From Oscillospiraceae bacterium (lineage in GTDB: Bacteria; Bacteroidota; Bacteroidia; Bacteroidales; Bacteroidaceae), in contig CAVHEN010000014.1 of assembly GCA_963635115.1 (NCBI GenBank), positions 168 to 64,167 on the forward strand: a stretch of DNA of 64,000 bases, written 5' to 3'. The translations under genes were made by a program, and so were the position numbers. Every line of letters starts with the position of its first letter. Positions within the stretch are counted from its first letter, which is position 1. A model generated the notes under the pieces. It did not search any database. It had not been told where the DNA came from and saw only the letters and a list, made by a program, of their open reading frames with translations. Shown in pieces: positions 1 through 9,158 of this stretch.

Positions 1-439
1 GTGTCAAGGTGATGATCTCAACGCCTGGAGCCATCACGAGGAAGGTCATGTCGAAACGAATCTGGTCGTTGCCGGCACCCGTGCTACCGTGGGCGATGGC
101 ATCGGCGCCAATCTCCTTGGCATAGCGGGCGATGGCGATGGCCTGGAAGATACGCTCGGAAGAAACGGAGATGGGGTAGCAGTTGTTGCGGAGCACATTG
201 CCGAAGATCATATACTTCAATGACTTCTCATAATACTCGTGGGTAACGTCGAGGGTGACGTAAGCCTTCGCGCCCAACTTATATGCGTTCTCCTCGTTGG
301 TCTTCAACTGCTCGGCAGAGAAACCACCTGTGTTAGCGCATGCTGCATAAACATCCCAGCCGTCCTGGGTCAACTTCATTACTGTGTATGATGTGTCGAG
401 ACCGCCGCTGAAAGCGACTACTACTTTTTTGTTTGCCAT
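1..439 (-). CDS. argG: Argininosuccinate synthase, 5' part (runs off the window)
   Basis: Manual translation from ATG 439: MANKKVVVAFSGGLDTS...AHGSTGAGNDQIRF, the ArgG motifs; lies downstream of argR. Confidence 0.95.
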   Translation of the reverse strand, partial: MANKKVVVAFSGGLDTSYTVMKLTQDGWDVYAACANTGGFSAEQLKTNEENAYKLGAKAYVTLDVTHEYYEKSLKYMIFGNVLRNNCYPISVSSERIFQAIAIARYAKEIGADAIAHGSTGAGNDQIRFDMTFLVMAPGVEIITLT

Positions 440-502
440 AACCTTTTGTATTTATTCTTTTTTACTTGTTCTACTATTTAGTTCCTTTAACCGCGAACTC
501 CG

Positions 503-1099
503 TCATTTCACCCCGTCTATTCGCCTTATCCTGTCTATCACCTCTTGTGGCAGGCGCACTGGCAGGTGCTCAGCAGGGTCGAAGAGCATTGCGGTGCATA
601 TGCAATATTGGCGATTGGTGCGGTGCAGGATGTCGGAATTGATGCAACCCTCACAGCCACGCCAAAACGACTGGTCGTCGGTGAGGTCCTTGAAGGTCAC
701 GGGCAGATAGCCCAACTGCGTGTTCATCTTCATCACGGCAGAGCCGCTCGTCAACGAGAAGATCTTGGCATGCGGCCAACGTATGCGCGCCAAGGTGAAG
801 GTGAGGTTCTTTATTCGCTTGGCAAGTCCCAAGCCGCGATAGTCGGGATGGACAATGAGTCCGGAGGTCGTCACATAGTGCTTGTTCCCCCAAGTCTCGA
901 TATAGCTGAAGCCGGCGAAGTTCTCGCCATCGAGGGCGATGACCGCCTTGCCCTCGCGCATCTTCGTGGCCACATAGTCGGGCGAGCGTTTCGCTATGCC
1001 CGTGCCACGCACCTTCGCGGCATCGGCAATGGTTGTAAGAATGGTGTCGACATATTTAATATGGCTCTCGTCGGCAACCAACACTTTTACGTCTTTCAT
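503..1099 (-). CDS. GNAT N-acyltransferase of the Bacteroidales arg operon (probable glutamate N-acyltransferase)
   Basis: GNAT motif A VHPDYRGLGLAK; lies between argR and argG. Confidence 0.8.
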   Translation of the reverse strand: MKDVKVLVADESHIKYVDTILTTIADAAKVRGTGIAKRSPDYVATKMREGKAVIALDGENFAGFSYIETWGNKHYVTTSGLIVHPDYRGLGLAKRIKNLTFTLARIRWPHAKIFSLTSGSAVMKMNTQLGYLPVTFKDLTDDQSFWRGCEGCINSDILHRTNRQYCICTAMLFDPAEHLPVRLPQEVIDRIRRIDGVK

Positions 1100-1148
1100 C
1101 TTTTCTTTTTCTTCTTTCTCTTTTCCTTAATGGTTATCCTCCAACGGC

Positions 1149-1619
1149 TTAGAGTATCATGTTCTCGCGCATGGCGTCAATAATGGCATTGTGGTCGGTG
1201 CCTTCGCGTATGACGATGAAAATGGTGTCGTCGCCGGCTATCGTGCCCAAAATCTCGGGTATCTCGCTGTTGTCAATGTTGTAGGCTATGCTGCTGGCAT
1301 ATCCTGGACGCGTGCGAATCACGCCGATGTTGCCGGAGAAGTTGATGCTTTGAAACCCAGGCACTGCCATCATCTCGGTGGCCCTGAGCGGAGTGTGCAC
1401 ACGCTTGTACATGGTCTCATTGGGGAGAACATAGACATAATGGCCGTTCATGCTTGCGGCCTTTGCCACCTTAAGTTGCTTCAAGTCGCGACTAAGTGTC
1501 GCCTGAGTCACTACAAAACCTTCCTTTTTGAGCTCTTTGAGCAGCTCGTCCTGGCTGCCAATCTCGTTGCTCGAAAGAAGCATCTTAATGGTGTCTAAAC
1601 GTTGACCTTTTACTTTCAT
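1149..1619 (-). CDS. argR: Arginine repressor
   Basis: VTQATLSRDLK wHTH and GTIAGDDT arginine-binding motif. Confidence 0.96.
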   Translation of the reverse strand: MKVKGQRLDTIKMLLSSNEIGSQDELLKELKKEGFVVTQATLSRDLKQLKVAKAASMNGHYVYVLPNETMYKRVHTPLRATEMMAVPGFQSINFSGNIGVIRTRPGYASSIAYNIDNSEIPEILGTIAGDDTIFIVIREGTDHNAIIDAMRENMIL

Positions 1620-1644
1620 TTGTATATTTATCCTTTATTTGCTG

Positions 1645-1652
1645 CAAAATTA
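1645..1652 (-). promoter_or_regulatory. Bacteroidota sigma-A -7 element (TAATTTTG) for the arg operon
   Basis: Matches TAnnTTTG, about 25 bp upstream of the argR ATG. Confidence 0.65.
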
Positions 1653-1803
1653 CCACGAATTATTGAATATAGCAAACTAATATGCAACTACTTTGCATTT
1701 TCTTCTAAAAAAGGACGCAAAAGTCATATTGTTGCAATATATATGCAAGCATGGCGGCGGAAAAAGCATATAGGCCAAGCGTCGCGCGGCAGTTGGAACA
1801 AAG

Positions 1804-1831
1804 AAGGGTGACCCCTTGCAGGATCACCCTT
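1804..1831 (-). terminator. Intrinsic terminator after the BI-1/YccA gene
   Basis: AAGGGTGA..TCACCCTT stem followed by T-rich tract on the minus strand. Confidence 0.65.
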
Positions 1832-1856
1832 GTATGATGTTGCCGTGTCGGTTTTT

Positions 1857-2597
1857 TTAGTTGTCGCTCTTCCCGAAAATCCTGAGCAGGTAGAGGAAGA
1901 GGTTGATGAAGTCGAGGTAAAGCGTCAACGCTCCAAGCAGCGCCACTTTCTGCGCACTCTCGTCGGTTCCGACCTGCATGGCGAGCATGCGCTTGATTTG
2001 CTGGCTGTCCCAAGCCGTGAGTCCCACGAACAGCACCACGCCGATATAGCTCAGCATGAGGTCGAGCATGCTGCTCTTGATGAACATGTTGACCACCGTG
2101 GCGATGATGAGGCCGATGAGCATCATCAGCAGGAGGTTGCCCATCTTAGACAGGTCGGCCTTGGTGACATAGCCGTAAACGGCTGTGGCGCCAAACGTTG
2201 CCGCGGTGATGAAAAACACCTTGGCGATGGTTGCCGTGGTGAACGCCATGAAGATGCACGACAGGGTGACGCCGTTGAGCGCGGAATAGATGATGAACAA
2301 TGTCGTGGCGGTGGAGAGCGAGAGCTTGTTGATGCGAGCCGTGGTGTAGAACACGAGGCCGAGCTCAGCTATCAGGAGCACCCACATTGACGCGCTGTTG
2401 CCATAGACAAGCTGCACCATCGACGGGCTCGTGGCAACGCCCCAAGCGCATAGGGCTGTGATGACGAGCGCCAAGGTCATCCATGTGTACACCTTGCGCA
2501 TCAGCACGGGAAACGCGGCGGCGCTTGACAAGTCGCGCTCCATATTGGCAGAAGGGCTCTGTCCCTTGATAATCTTCTCTAAATCTTGAACTTCCAT
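1857..2597 (-). CDS. Bax inhibitor-1/YccA family membrane protein
   Basis: Seven hydrophobic segments, C-terminal GALTLYLDFINLFLYLLR; start set at ATG 2597 because a -7 box (2629-2636) lies inside the longer ORF. Confidence 0.9.
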   Translation of the reverse strand: MEVQDLEKIIKGQSPSANMERDLSSAAAFPVLMRKVYTWMTLALVITALCAWGVATSPSMVQLVYGNSASMWVLLIAELGLVFYTTARINKLSLSTATTLFIIYSALNGVTLSCIFMAFTTATIAKVFFITAATFGATAVYGYVTKADLSKMGNLLLMMLIGLIIATVVNMFIKSSMLDLMLSYIGVVLFVGLTAWDSQQIKRMLAMQVGTDESAQKVALLGALTLYLDFINLFLYLLRIFGKSDN

Positions 2598-2808
2598 AAT
2601 CGTTATAGTTATAAATAATAATCGGTTGCAAATATAGCTATTTATTTCCAATCATACAACAAGCGTGCCATTTTTTAACGAGAGGCAAGCGGCAATGTGC
2701 CTGTAAAGATTTGTTGCTGGAATTTAACACTTCGTGCGATGAAATTTAGGGAAAGGAAGTGGCGTTATGGCAATATGTCAGCCCTCTTTTTGCCCAATTC
2801 GGCAGTCC

Positions 2809-2940
2809 TCGCACCGCAACGACGGCGCCCTTGCGGCGTAACGGTGGCGCGATCACGGTGCAAGGGCATCGCCATTGCGCCGCGAAGGCATCGCGATTGC
2901 GCCGCAAAGGCGATGTGTTCGGCGGGCGAAAGCGGCAAAA
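2809..2940 (-). repeat. 22-bp minisatellite element, copy 1 (reverse orientation)
   Basis: Units such as TTGCGCCGCGAAGGCATCGCGA at 2831, 2853, 2875, 2897. Confidence 0.8.
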
Positions 2941-3110
2941 TAAGCCTAAAACGAGTCGCTTTAAGAAGCGGCAAACGTATAACTATATAGTAATCAACGT
3001 GTTGCGAAATTGTGCCAAGAAGGCCTCTGAATCGTGCCAAGGGAGATGTTTTTTCAATTTTGCGATTCTCAGAACACGATTTGTCGTGTCTTTTCTTCGC
3101 TTTTAACACT

Positions 3111-3509
3111 TCACCTCTTCAAGAAAAAGCGCACGAGGATGAAATTGATGGGCACGCAGATGCAAAACATGGGTATTGGTGCCACTTGCTTTGACAGTCC
3201 GAGCCAAAGGAAGAAGTTGAGCGTGAGCATCTGCAGCGTGTAGTTGACCACATGGCTGAAGAGGAAACCCGCGCCACGACGCGCGTTGGCCTTCACGCGA
3301 AAGGTGAAGCGTGTGGAGGCGATGAAATTGAACACGAAACTCAACACGTAGCCCACCGTCATTGCCACGGTGGACCACAGGTGGGCGTCGGCCTTCGACG
3401 CGCCAGAGCCTATGAATTGTATCAACCCAAAGTAGATGGCGTATTGCAACAACGTGGCTGCAGCTCCAACAATGGCGAAGCGCACCACCTCGCCTATCTT
3501 ACCCGACAT
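3111..3509 (-). CDS. GtrA family protein (lipid-linked sugar translocase-like)
   Basis: VVRFAIVG..., four TM segments, SFVFNFIASTRFTF; start uncertain (3509, 3521 or 3551). Confidence 0.85.
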   Translation of the reverse strand: MSGKIGEVVRFAIVGAAATLLQYAIYFGLIQFIGSGASKADAHLWSTVAMTVGYVLSFVFNFIASTRFTFRVKANARRGAGFLFSHVVNYTLQMLTLNFFLWLGLSKQVAPIPMFCICVPINFILVRFFLKR

Positions 3510-4098
3510 AATGGCTTTCATCTGCATAAGCAAGCATTTCCTTGTCGCCACGGCTGTCGCCGTAGGCTATTATATAATAATGTGTACGAACGTTGTCGAG
3601 ACTTGGCACGGTAGCCTTGAGCCGCCTCACCTTCTCGGCTCCATAGCAGTTTGGCGTGAGAAACCGTCCGGTCAACTTGCCGTCGGAACTCTCGATTCGC
3701 GTGCCAACCACGGTGACTGCCTCGGGGAAGAACGGCGCCACCCAATTGTCCACGCTCGCGCTGACCACGTAGACTTGTATGCCCTCAGCCACGGCTCCTT
3801 CCATCACGCTCCACGTCTCCTGTCGCCTGATGCTTCGCCCCACGGTGTCGGCAAAGCGGCGGCACAGGCCGTCGAAATCGGCAGTAGCCATGCCCTTGAA
3901 GCACATGGCGAAGAGCCGCTCCTTGGTTCGCCCGTTGTCCACGAGCCCAAGCTTCATCAGCACGAGGCGAGGCAAGAGCAAGGCAAGGCAGCCAAGGAGC
4001 CACGCCGTGCCGCGGGCAAAGCGGATGAAGGCCAGCAGCGTGTCGCGAGTGGTGAGGGTGCCGTCGAAGTCGAAAACGTAGATCTTATTTCCCGACAT
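3499..4098 (-). CDS. HAD-IB family phosphatase
   Basis: FDFDGTLT motif I, VVSAS motif II, YGDSRGD motif IV. Confidence 0.9.
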   Translation of the reverse strand: MSGNKIYVFDFDGTLTTRDTLLAFIRFARGTAWLLGCLALLLPRLVLMKLGLVDNGRTKERLFAMCFKGMATADFDGLCRRFADTVGRSIRRQETWSVMEGAVAEGIQVYVVSASVDNWVAPFFPEAVTVVGTRIESSDGKLTGRFLTPNCYGAEKVRRLKATVPSLDNVRTHYYIIAYGDSRGDKEMLAYADESHYVG

Positions 4099-4984
4099 AG
4101 ATGATGAGCACGAATGTCACGAGCCACGCCAACACGTCGAACTGTATGAAGCGGTCGTGGATGATTACTTTTGTGGGGTTGCCGCTCTTCTTGTCGACAA
4201 CGGCAATCTGGAGATAGCGAAGCAGACCCAAGAGCACGTAGACGCTCGTCAGGTACAGGTATTCGGAATGGAAGCGGGCGACGGTCTCCGGGCTCACGGT
4301 GTACATGATGTAGCACACGAGAGTCACCGAGGCGGTGATGGTGAGCGCCTGGTTGATGAAGGTGGAGTTGTAGCGGCTGGTGTTGCGTCGTGGCGCCTCG
4401 CCCGTCTTCTCCATTCGCAGCACGTCGTCGCGACGCTTGGCAAAACTCATGAAGAGCGTGATGAGGAACGTCATGAGCACGATCCACTTGCTCAGCGCGA
4501 TTCCTGTGGCAACGCCTCCCGCGCACATGCGGAGCACGAAGCCGAACGCCACCACGCACACGTCTACGATGGCATATTGCTTCAGGCGGGCGCAATAGGC
4601 AAGGTTGAGGAGCCAGTAGAAGGCTATGACCAACGAGAGCCTTAGCGCGTGGTCCCACGCGAGCCCGCAAGCAGCCAGGCTCAGCACAAACATCAGCGCC
4701 ATGAGCGCGTAGCCCTGGCCCACGCTCACCGCGCCGCAGGCTATGGGGCGGTGGCACTTCTCCGGATGGCGGCGATCGTCGGCGACGTCGTGGATGTCGT
4801 TGAAGCAATAGATGCTCGATGCCGCGAAACTGAAGGCGAAAAACGCCACGAGGCCCTTAGCGAGAGCGTCTGCCTCGAAGAGCGCGCCGCCGAAGATGAT
4901 TGGGGCGAACACGAAGAAGTTTTTTATCCATTGTGAGGGGCGGAGCAGTCGCACCAGCGCCTCGGTATGTGTCATTTTGTCCAT
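4085..4984 (-). CDS. UbiA-family prenyl-phosphate 5-phosphoribosyltransferase (DPPR synthase-like)
   Basis: LRPSQWIKN, NDIHDVADDRRHPEKCHRPIA, KRRDD motifs of the Rv3806c/NoeC subgroup. Confidence 0.88.
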   Translation of the reverse strand: MDKMTHTEALVRLLRPSQWIKNFFVFAPIIFGGALFEADALAKGLVAFFAFSFAASSIYCFNDIHDVADDRRHPEKCHRPIACGAVSVGQGYALMALMFVLSLAACGLAWDHALRLSLVIAFYWLLNLAYCARLKQYAIVDVCVVAFGFVLRMCAGGVATGIALSKWIVLMTFLITLFMSFAKRRDDVLRMEKTGEAPRRNTSRYNSTFINQALTITASVTLVCYIMYTVSPETVARFHSEYLYLTSVYVLLGLLRYLQIAVVDKKSGNPTKVIIHDRFIQFDVLAWLVTFVLIIYVGK

Positions 4985-5007
4985 TTTAAATGCGAATCAG
5001 GAATATG

Positions 5008-6024
5008 TCAGCCCTTCTGACGGCTTTCCGCTATGCTCTCGGCGGCATTGGCTATCTTGTCCACAACCTTGCTCAGCACCCATGCCAAGGGGAGCGTCAC
5101 CGCGGTGCAAACGAGGAACGTCGGCCAATAGCTCCACGACTTTGGCAGGTAGTCGAGCACGAAATGGCTGTGTATGAGGTAGCACTCCAAGCTCAGCGAG
5201 CCGACGAAAGCCAACGAGCCGTTGACCCACTTCGGCGTGCGCCGCAACACGCGGTTGCAGAGCAGGATGAAAGTTATGGTAAGGGGGATGTAGAGCATTC
5301 GCTCCACGAAGAGCGGGAACTCGCCATGGCGCTCCTGCTCAAGGAAGAAACAAGAGGCGGAAGTCATCACGAACATGATGATCAGCATCCAGATGCCTTG
5401 CCCGTCGATGGTGCGCTTCTGCCTTACCATCTCGCCCATGTTGATGCCAATGAAGAAGATGGGCACGCGGCTCCAGAATATCTCAAGGTGGCCCACGGCG
5501 TGATGTATGGGCGTGACCCACTCCACGAGTATGCACCACATGATCATGACCACGGGCAGCCAGCGGTAGACGGAGTGGCGGCGTATGAGGTCCATGTAGG
5601 GCGGCGCGAAGAGATAAAGCATCATGATGGCAGGTATGTACCAGAAGTTGAGCTCGTCGAAGAGCCAGAAGTGCCAGTTGAAACCTATCTCACCAATGAG
5701 GTCTATGAGCGAGCTGGCATCGTGGACCGGCATGCGCGGTATGTAGAAAAGGCAGGCAATGATGAGCCATGCCGGATAGATGCGTATGAGACGGCGGAAA
5801 TAGAAACGGCGATAGCTGGGGGTCTTGACCCACGAGAACCACAACCCGATGCCGCTCAAGAAGAGGAACATGTCCACGCCAAGGTTGCCCATGCGCCGGA
5901 GTCCGAAAAACATGTCGGAGCGCGCGAGGTCTACATGGAACAGGATGATGATGAGCATGGCGATGCCCATCAGGGCGCCACGGAAGCGCGAGATGTTGGC
6001 AAGCTCTATGTCTGGAATCCTCAT
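5008..6024 (-). CDS. Acyltransferase-3 (OafA-like) membrane acyltransferase
   Basis: LMGIAMLIIILFH, GVDMFLFLSG, RRLIRIYP, WYIP motifs. Confidence 0.88.
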   Translation of the reverse strand: MRIPDIELANISRFRGALMGIAMLIIILFHVDLARSDMFFGLRRMGNLGVDMFLFLSGIGLWFSWVKTPSYRRFYFRRLIRIYPAWLIIACLFYIPRMPVHDASSLIDLIGEIGFNWHFWLFDELNFWYIPAIMMLYLFAPPYMDLIRRHSVYRWLPVVMIMWCILVEWVTPIHHAVGHLEIFWSRVPIFFIGINMGEMVRQKRTIDGQGIWMLIIMFVMTSASCFFLEQERHGEFPLFVERMLYIPLTITFILLCNRVLRRTPKWVNGSLAFVGSLSLECYLIHSHFVLDYLPKSWSYWPTFLVCTAVTLPLAWVLSKVVDKIANAAESIAESRQKG

Positions 6025-6028
6025 GGTG

Positions 6029-7171
6029 TCACTGTTTTGGGTTTGGGATGTGGCGCATCAACTTCATCACGAGCCATGCCGCGCCAAGGCTGGCTATGAC
6101 ATATAGCAGGAGTCCGGTATACACGTCGCCATGACGCGAGATAGGTATGAACACCTTCCTTATGGCAGGGTGAATCACGAACAACGCCGCTGAGACATTG
6201 CCCAGCCACCCAAGCACGTAGCCGACGCGGTCGCGGAGCCATGGCAGGGGAAGCGTGGAAAGGGTCTTGACGAGATAGACCGAGGCGTAGCAGATGAGAG
6301 CGGGCACGATGACCCAAGTGTAGAACGAGCCGGAGGCCGACACGATAAAGAAGGAGCACACGACCCAACTCATCAGGAACGAGCCGAAGTTGAGGTTCAC
6401 AAGCATCACCTTGTTGCCATAGCGGGCGAAAAGCAGCCCAAGGCCGAATGGCAGCATGCCGCCCATGAAGTTGTAGCGCCAGTAGTTGAGCGTCTCGCCC
6501 TCAGGGTTCATGAACAGTTGGGGTAGGGTGCATGCCAGCATCAAGCCCACTGTCCAACTCCAATGACGCCGATAGAGCAAGAGGCGATAGACGGCGTACA
6601 ACTGGAGCATCAAGCCGAAAAACCAGAACGGCCCGGGCCAGATGTTGCGGTCGGGTTGGTCGTAAAGGTTGTTTATCATCAGCAGTTGCCCTACGATTTG
6701 CTCAACGTTGTAGTGCCACGAGCCTGCCGTCATGGCATCAATGATTGTGAAGCAAATGAAGCCCACTATCATCATCTTGAAAAGCTTGAGATAATGATAG
6801 CGCACGAAAGGCGCTATGCCCACGCGCTGCCCGTCGGAAGGCTTGCCTTGACCATTGCCGTATTTCATCTCCAGCCCGTAGGCGCTGAGGAAGAGGAACA
6901 CTGGCACTCCATAGTGGCCAAAGAACGAGATCACATGAGCCGGAAAGAGCTCATTGACGCGCGCGGCGCACTGGGTGAACCAGTCTACGTTGTGCTGGAA
7001 ATACTGGTACTCGTTTTCCTTTACCACCGGGTTGAGCCAGTGGCAAAAGTTATGCAGGAAGATGCCTAGGATGGCAATGCCGCGCAGGGCGTTGCATTCG
7101 GCTCGGGTGAGCAGTTCCTCGCCACGGTGCGTCGTGGTCTCCCCGTAGTTATTGTTAAGGCTGACTTGCAT
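6029..7171 (-). CDS. Acyltransferase-3 family membrane acyltransferase
   Basis: ALRGIAILGIFLH, GVPVFLFLSAYGL, WFFGLMLQLY. Confidence 0.85.
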   Translation of the reverse strand: MQVSLNNNYGETTTHRGEELLTRAECNALRGIAILGIFLHNFCHWLNPVVKENEYQYFQHNVDWFTQCAARVNELFPAHVISFFGHYGVPVFLFLSAYGLEMKYGNGQGKPSDGQRVGIAPFVRYHYLKLFKMMIVGFICFTIIDAMTAGSWHYNVEQIVGQLLMINNLYDQPDRNIWPGPFWFFGLMLQLYAVYRLLLYRRHWSWTVGLMLACTLPQLFMNPEGETLNYWRYNFMGGMLPFGLGLLFARYGNKVMLVNLNFGSFLMSWVVCSFFIVSASGSFYTWVIVPALICYASVYLVKTLSTLPLPWLRDRVGYVLGWLGNVSAALFVIHPAIRKVFIPISRHGDVYTGLLLYVIASLGAAWLVMKLMRHIPNPKQ

Positions 7172-9051
7172 TATTTCTTAGCTTCTGCGTTTTCATCTTG
7201 GCGCGCTGCGTCCCTCAGTTTGTCGTAATCGACACTGTTCTTCAAGACGCGCGGGCGGCTCTCGTCGTAGTTGGGCGAGAGCAAGTTGTATTGGTCGCGA
7301 TAGTCTTTCGAGCTTATACCGGCGAGCCACACCATCATGTGCGCCACCGCGTCGGTCATGAACCTGCGGTTCTTGGCGTCCTTAATGGCCTTGAACACCG
7401 CTGGTTCGCGATGCGCGTACTTGCGTGAGCACCATATCCAGAATGGCACCTCAAACTCGTAGTGGGCCAAAGGCCAGTCCACGGAGGCAGAGTGGTTGCG
7501 GCAAATGATGTCGCGCCCTGGCTCGAAGATCTCCTCGCCGTGGTCGGGCATGTAGACCACTATGGCGTCCTTGTCCTCAAATCGCTTCACGATCTGCGTC
7601 ACGATAGAGTCGTTGTAGAGGCAGGCGTTGTCGTAAGCGGCTATCATGCGGCGCCGGTAATGGTCGCCGGCAAGGTCTGGACGAAGCTCCTTGTAGTCGT
7701 CGGCGTGCCACTTTGCCCGTCCCTTGGGATAGCGCGTGTTGTAGCTCACGTGTTGGCCTATAAGGTGGAAGATGATGAGGTTGTTGCCTTTAAGGTCAAT
7801 CTTGCCATCCTTCACGAAGTTGTCGTAGTCGCTGAGCAACCCTTCGTCGAAACGGTGAAGGCTTGTGTTGCGCAAGTCAAACTGCGCCTTGCTCAACACG
7901 GGGTCGTTGAGAAAGAAACCGCCCGAGAAATCGTAGACCGCCTGCCCCGCGGCAAGGAGAAACTGGTCGGTGAGGAACGTCACCTTGTAACCCGCCTTGC
8001 GGAAAAGCTCAGGGAAAAGCGGATAGTCGCACCATTCGCCCTTCTCGCCAACGACATGCATTGACAAGACGTTCTTGAACACGAAGCTCGTGAGGTTCCA
8101 ACACGTCACCACATCGTTGAATTTCGTCAGCCATCCGCTGCGCTCAAGGCGTCTCTGCCGTGGCGTGGTTTTCTGCTGATAGCCGTAGAGCTGGCAGTGG
8201 GCCTTGCTATAGCTTTCGCCAATAATAAGCACTATGGTGGGCGAGCGGAAGGAGCACGAATCCACTGTCACCCTTTCCGATGCCGCCACACACTTGTCTA
8301 CCTGCTGCGAGGCGAGGTGGTTGCTGTAAACGGAAAACGCGAGGCGATATATCGGCAGGTAGAAGTTGCCATGGTCAGGGTTGGTGAGGATGTGCTCTAT
8401 CGACCCTATGGTGTCGGCTGTCATGAGGCGAGCCATTCCCCGCTTGTTGCCCCAGCTCGTGGCGACGCTCCATGCGAGCAACGCCAGCACCAAGATGCCA
8501 CACTCCGGATAAAGCATGTATCTATGGAAGAAGCGAAGGAAGCCGAAGCCGAACTTGGCGCGAAGCTTGGCGTAGTTGACCTTCATCAACTTGCAAAGCG
8601 GCTTGCGCAAATTCACCAACGCGTGAAAAATGGCGAGCAAGAGCAACCATGCCACGGGAGAGGAAAGCACGTCGAGGCTGAGATAAGTGGAGAAAAACTC
8701 ACCCGCCTCACGGCTGTCGGTCTCGCCCACCAGCATAAGCATGGAAGGTGAGATGACGGAGCCGAACTTCCAAAAGCAGAACACGTCGGTGAGTGCCACA
8801 CAATATAACGCGACGTAGAAGGCGACGCGAACCCAGCGCCTCACCTTGGGGGGAATGACCGCAAGCACGGCGCACGCGAGATAGACATCAAGAAAGAGCT
8901 CAAGCCACAAGTTGTCGTAGACCTCCTGCCCGTTGTCAGGAAGCGTAAGATAGGCGCACAGTATGCCCAGAACATACATCGTGAAAAAGAAGACGCCATT
9001 CTTCAGCAAGGGCAACATGAATAGTCGCGAAATACGACGGACAAATCTCAT
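7171..9051 (-). CDS. Phosphoethanolamine transferase (EptA-like, TM plus sulfatase domain)
   Basis: N-terminal TMs, LIIGES, HLIGQH, YDNA, PDHGE, EVPFWIW. Confidence 0.88.
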   Translation of the reverse strand: MRFVRRISRLFMLPLLKNGVFFFTMYVLGILCAYLTLPDNGQEVYDNLWLELFLDVYLACAVLAVIPPKVRRWVRVAFYVALYCVALTDVFCFWKFGSVISPSMLMLVGETDSREAGEFFSTYLSLDVLSSPVAWLLLLAIFHALVNLRKPLCKLMKVNYAKLRAKFGFGFLRFFHRYMLYPECGILVLALLAWSVATSWGNKRGMARLMTADTIGSIEHILTNPDHGNFYLPIYRLAFSVYSNHLASQQVDKCVAASERVTVDSCSFRSPTIVLIIGESYSKAHCQLYGYQQKTTPRQRRLERSGWLTKFNDVVTCWNLTSFVFKNVLSMHVVGEKGEWCDYPLFPELFRKAGYKVTFLTDQFLLAAGQAVYDFSGGFFLNDPVLSKAQFDLRNTSLHRFDEGLLSDYDNFVKDGKIDLKGNNLIIFHLIGQHVSYNTRYPKGRAKWHADDYKELRPDLAGDHYRRRMIAAYDNACLYNDSIVTQIVKRFEDKDAIVVYMPDHGEEIFEPGRDIICRNHSASVDWPLAHYEFEVPFWIWCSRKYAHREPAVFKAIKDAKNRRFMTDAVAHMMVWLAGISSKDYRDQYNLLSPNYDESRPRVLKNSVDYDKLRDAARQDENAEAKK

Positions 9052-9081
9052 TTCTTATATTGTGTAAGCTTAATTCCTTTG

Positions 9082-9141
9082 CAAAAATAGTATAATTTAT
9101 CTGGACGGCAAAGTGTAACACGAAATTAATTTGTACATTTG
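9082..9141. promoter_or_regulatory. Divergent -7 elements for the eptA operon (9082-9089, minus) and folP (9134-9141, plus)
   Basis: TATTTTTG and TACATTTG match TAnnTTTG. Confidence 0.6.
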
Positions 9142-9158
9142 CCGAAAATATTAGTTTG

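Noticed and set aside
2978..3003. TAACTATATAGTAATCAA as a tyrosine-recombinase or dif-like site
   Set aside because: Single degenerate AT-rich copy with no integrase in the window
2697..3109. ORFs over the repeat elements (also 11885, 21034, 23897-24201, 28072, 40219, 49966)
   Set aside because: Arg/Ala-rich translations of the GC-rich minisatellite with no protein features
4990..6099. Long antisense or alternate-frame ORFs (e.g. 4990..6099, 26834..28006, 30168..31421, 48195..49466)
   Set aside because: Shadows of well-supported genes, expected from high GC3 codon bias
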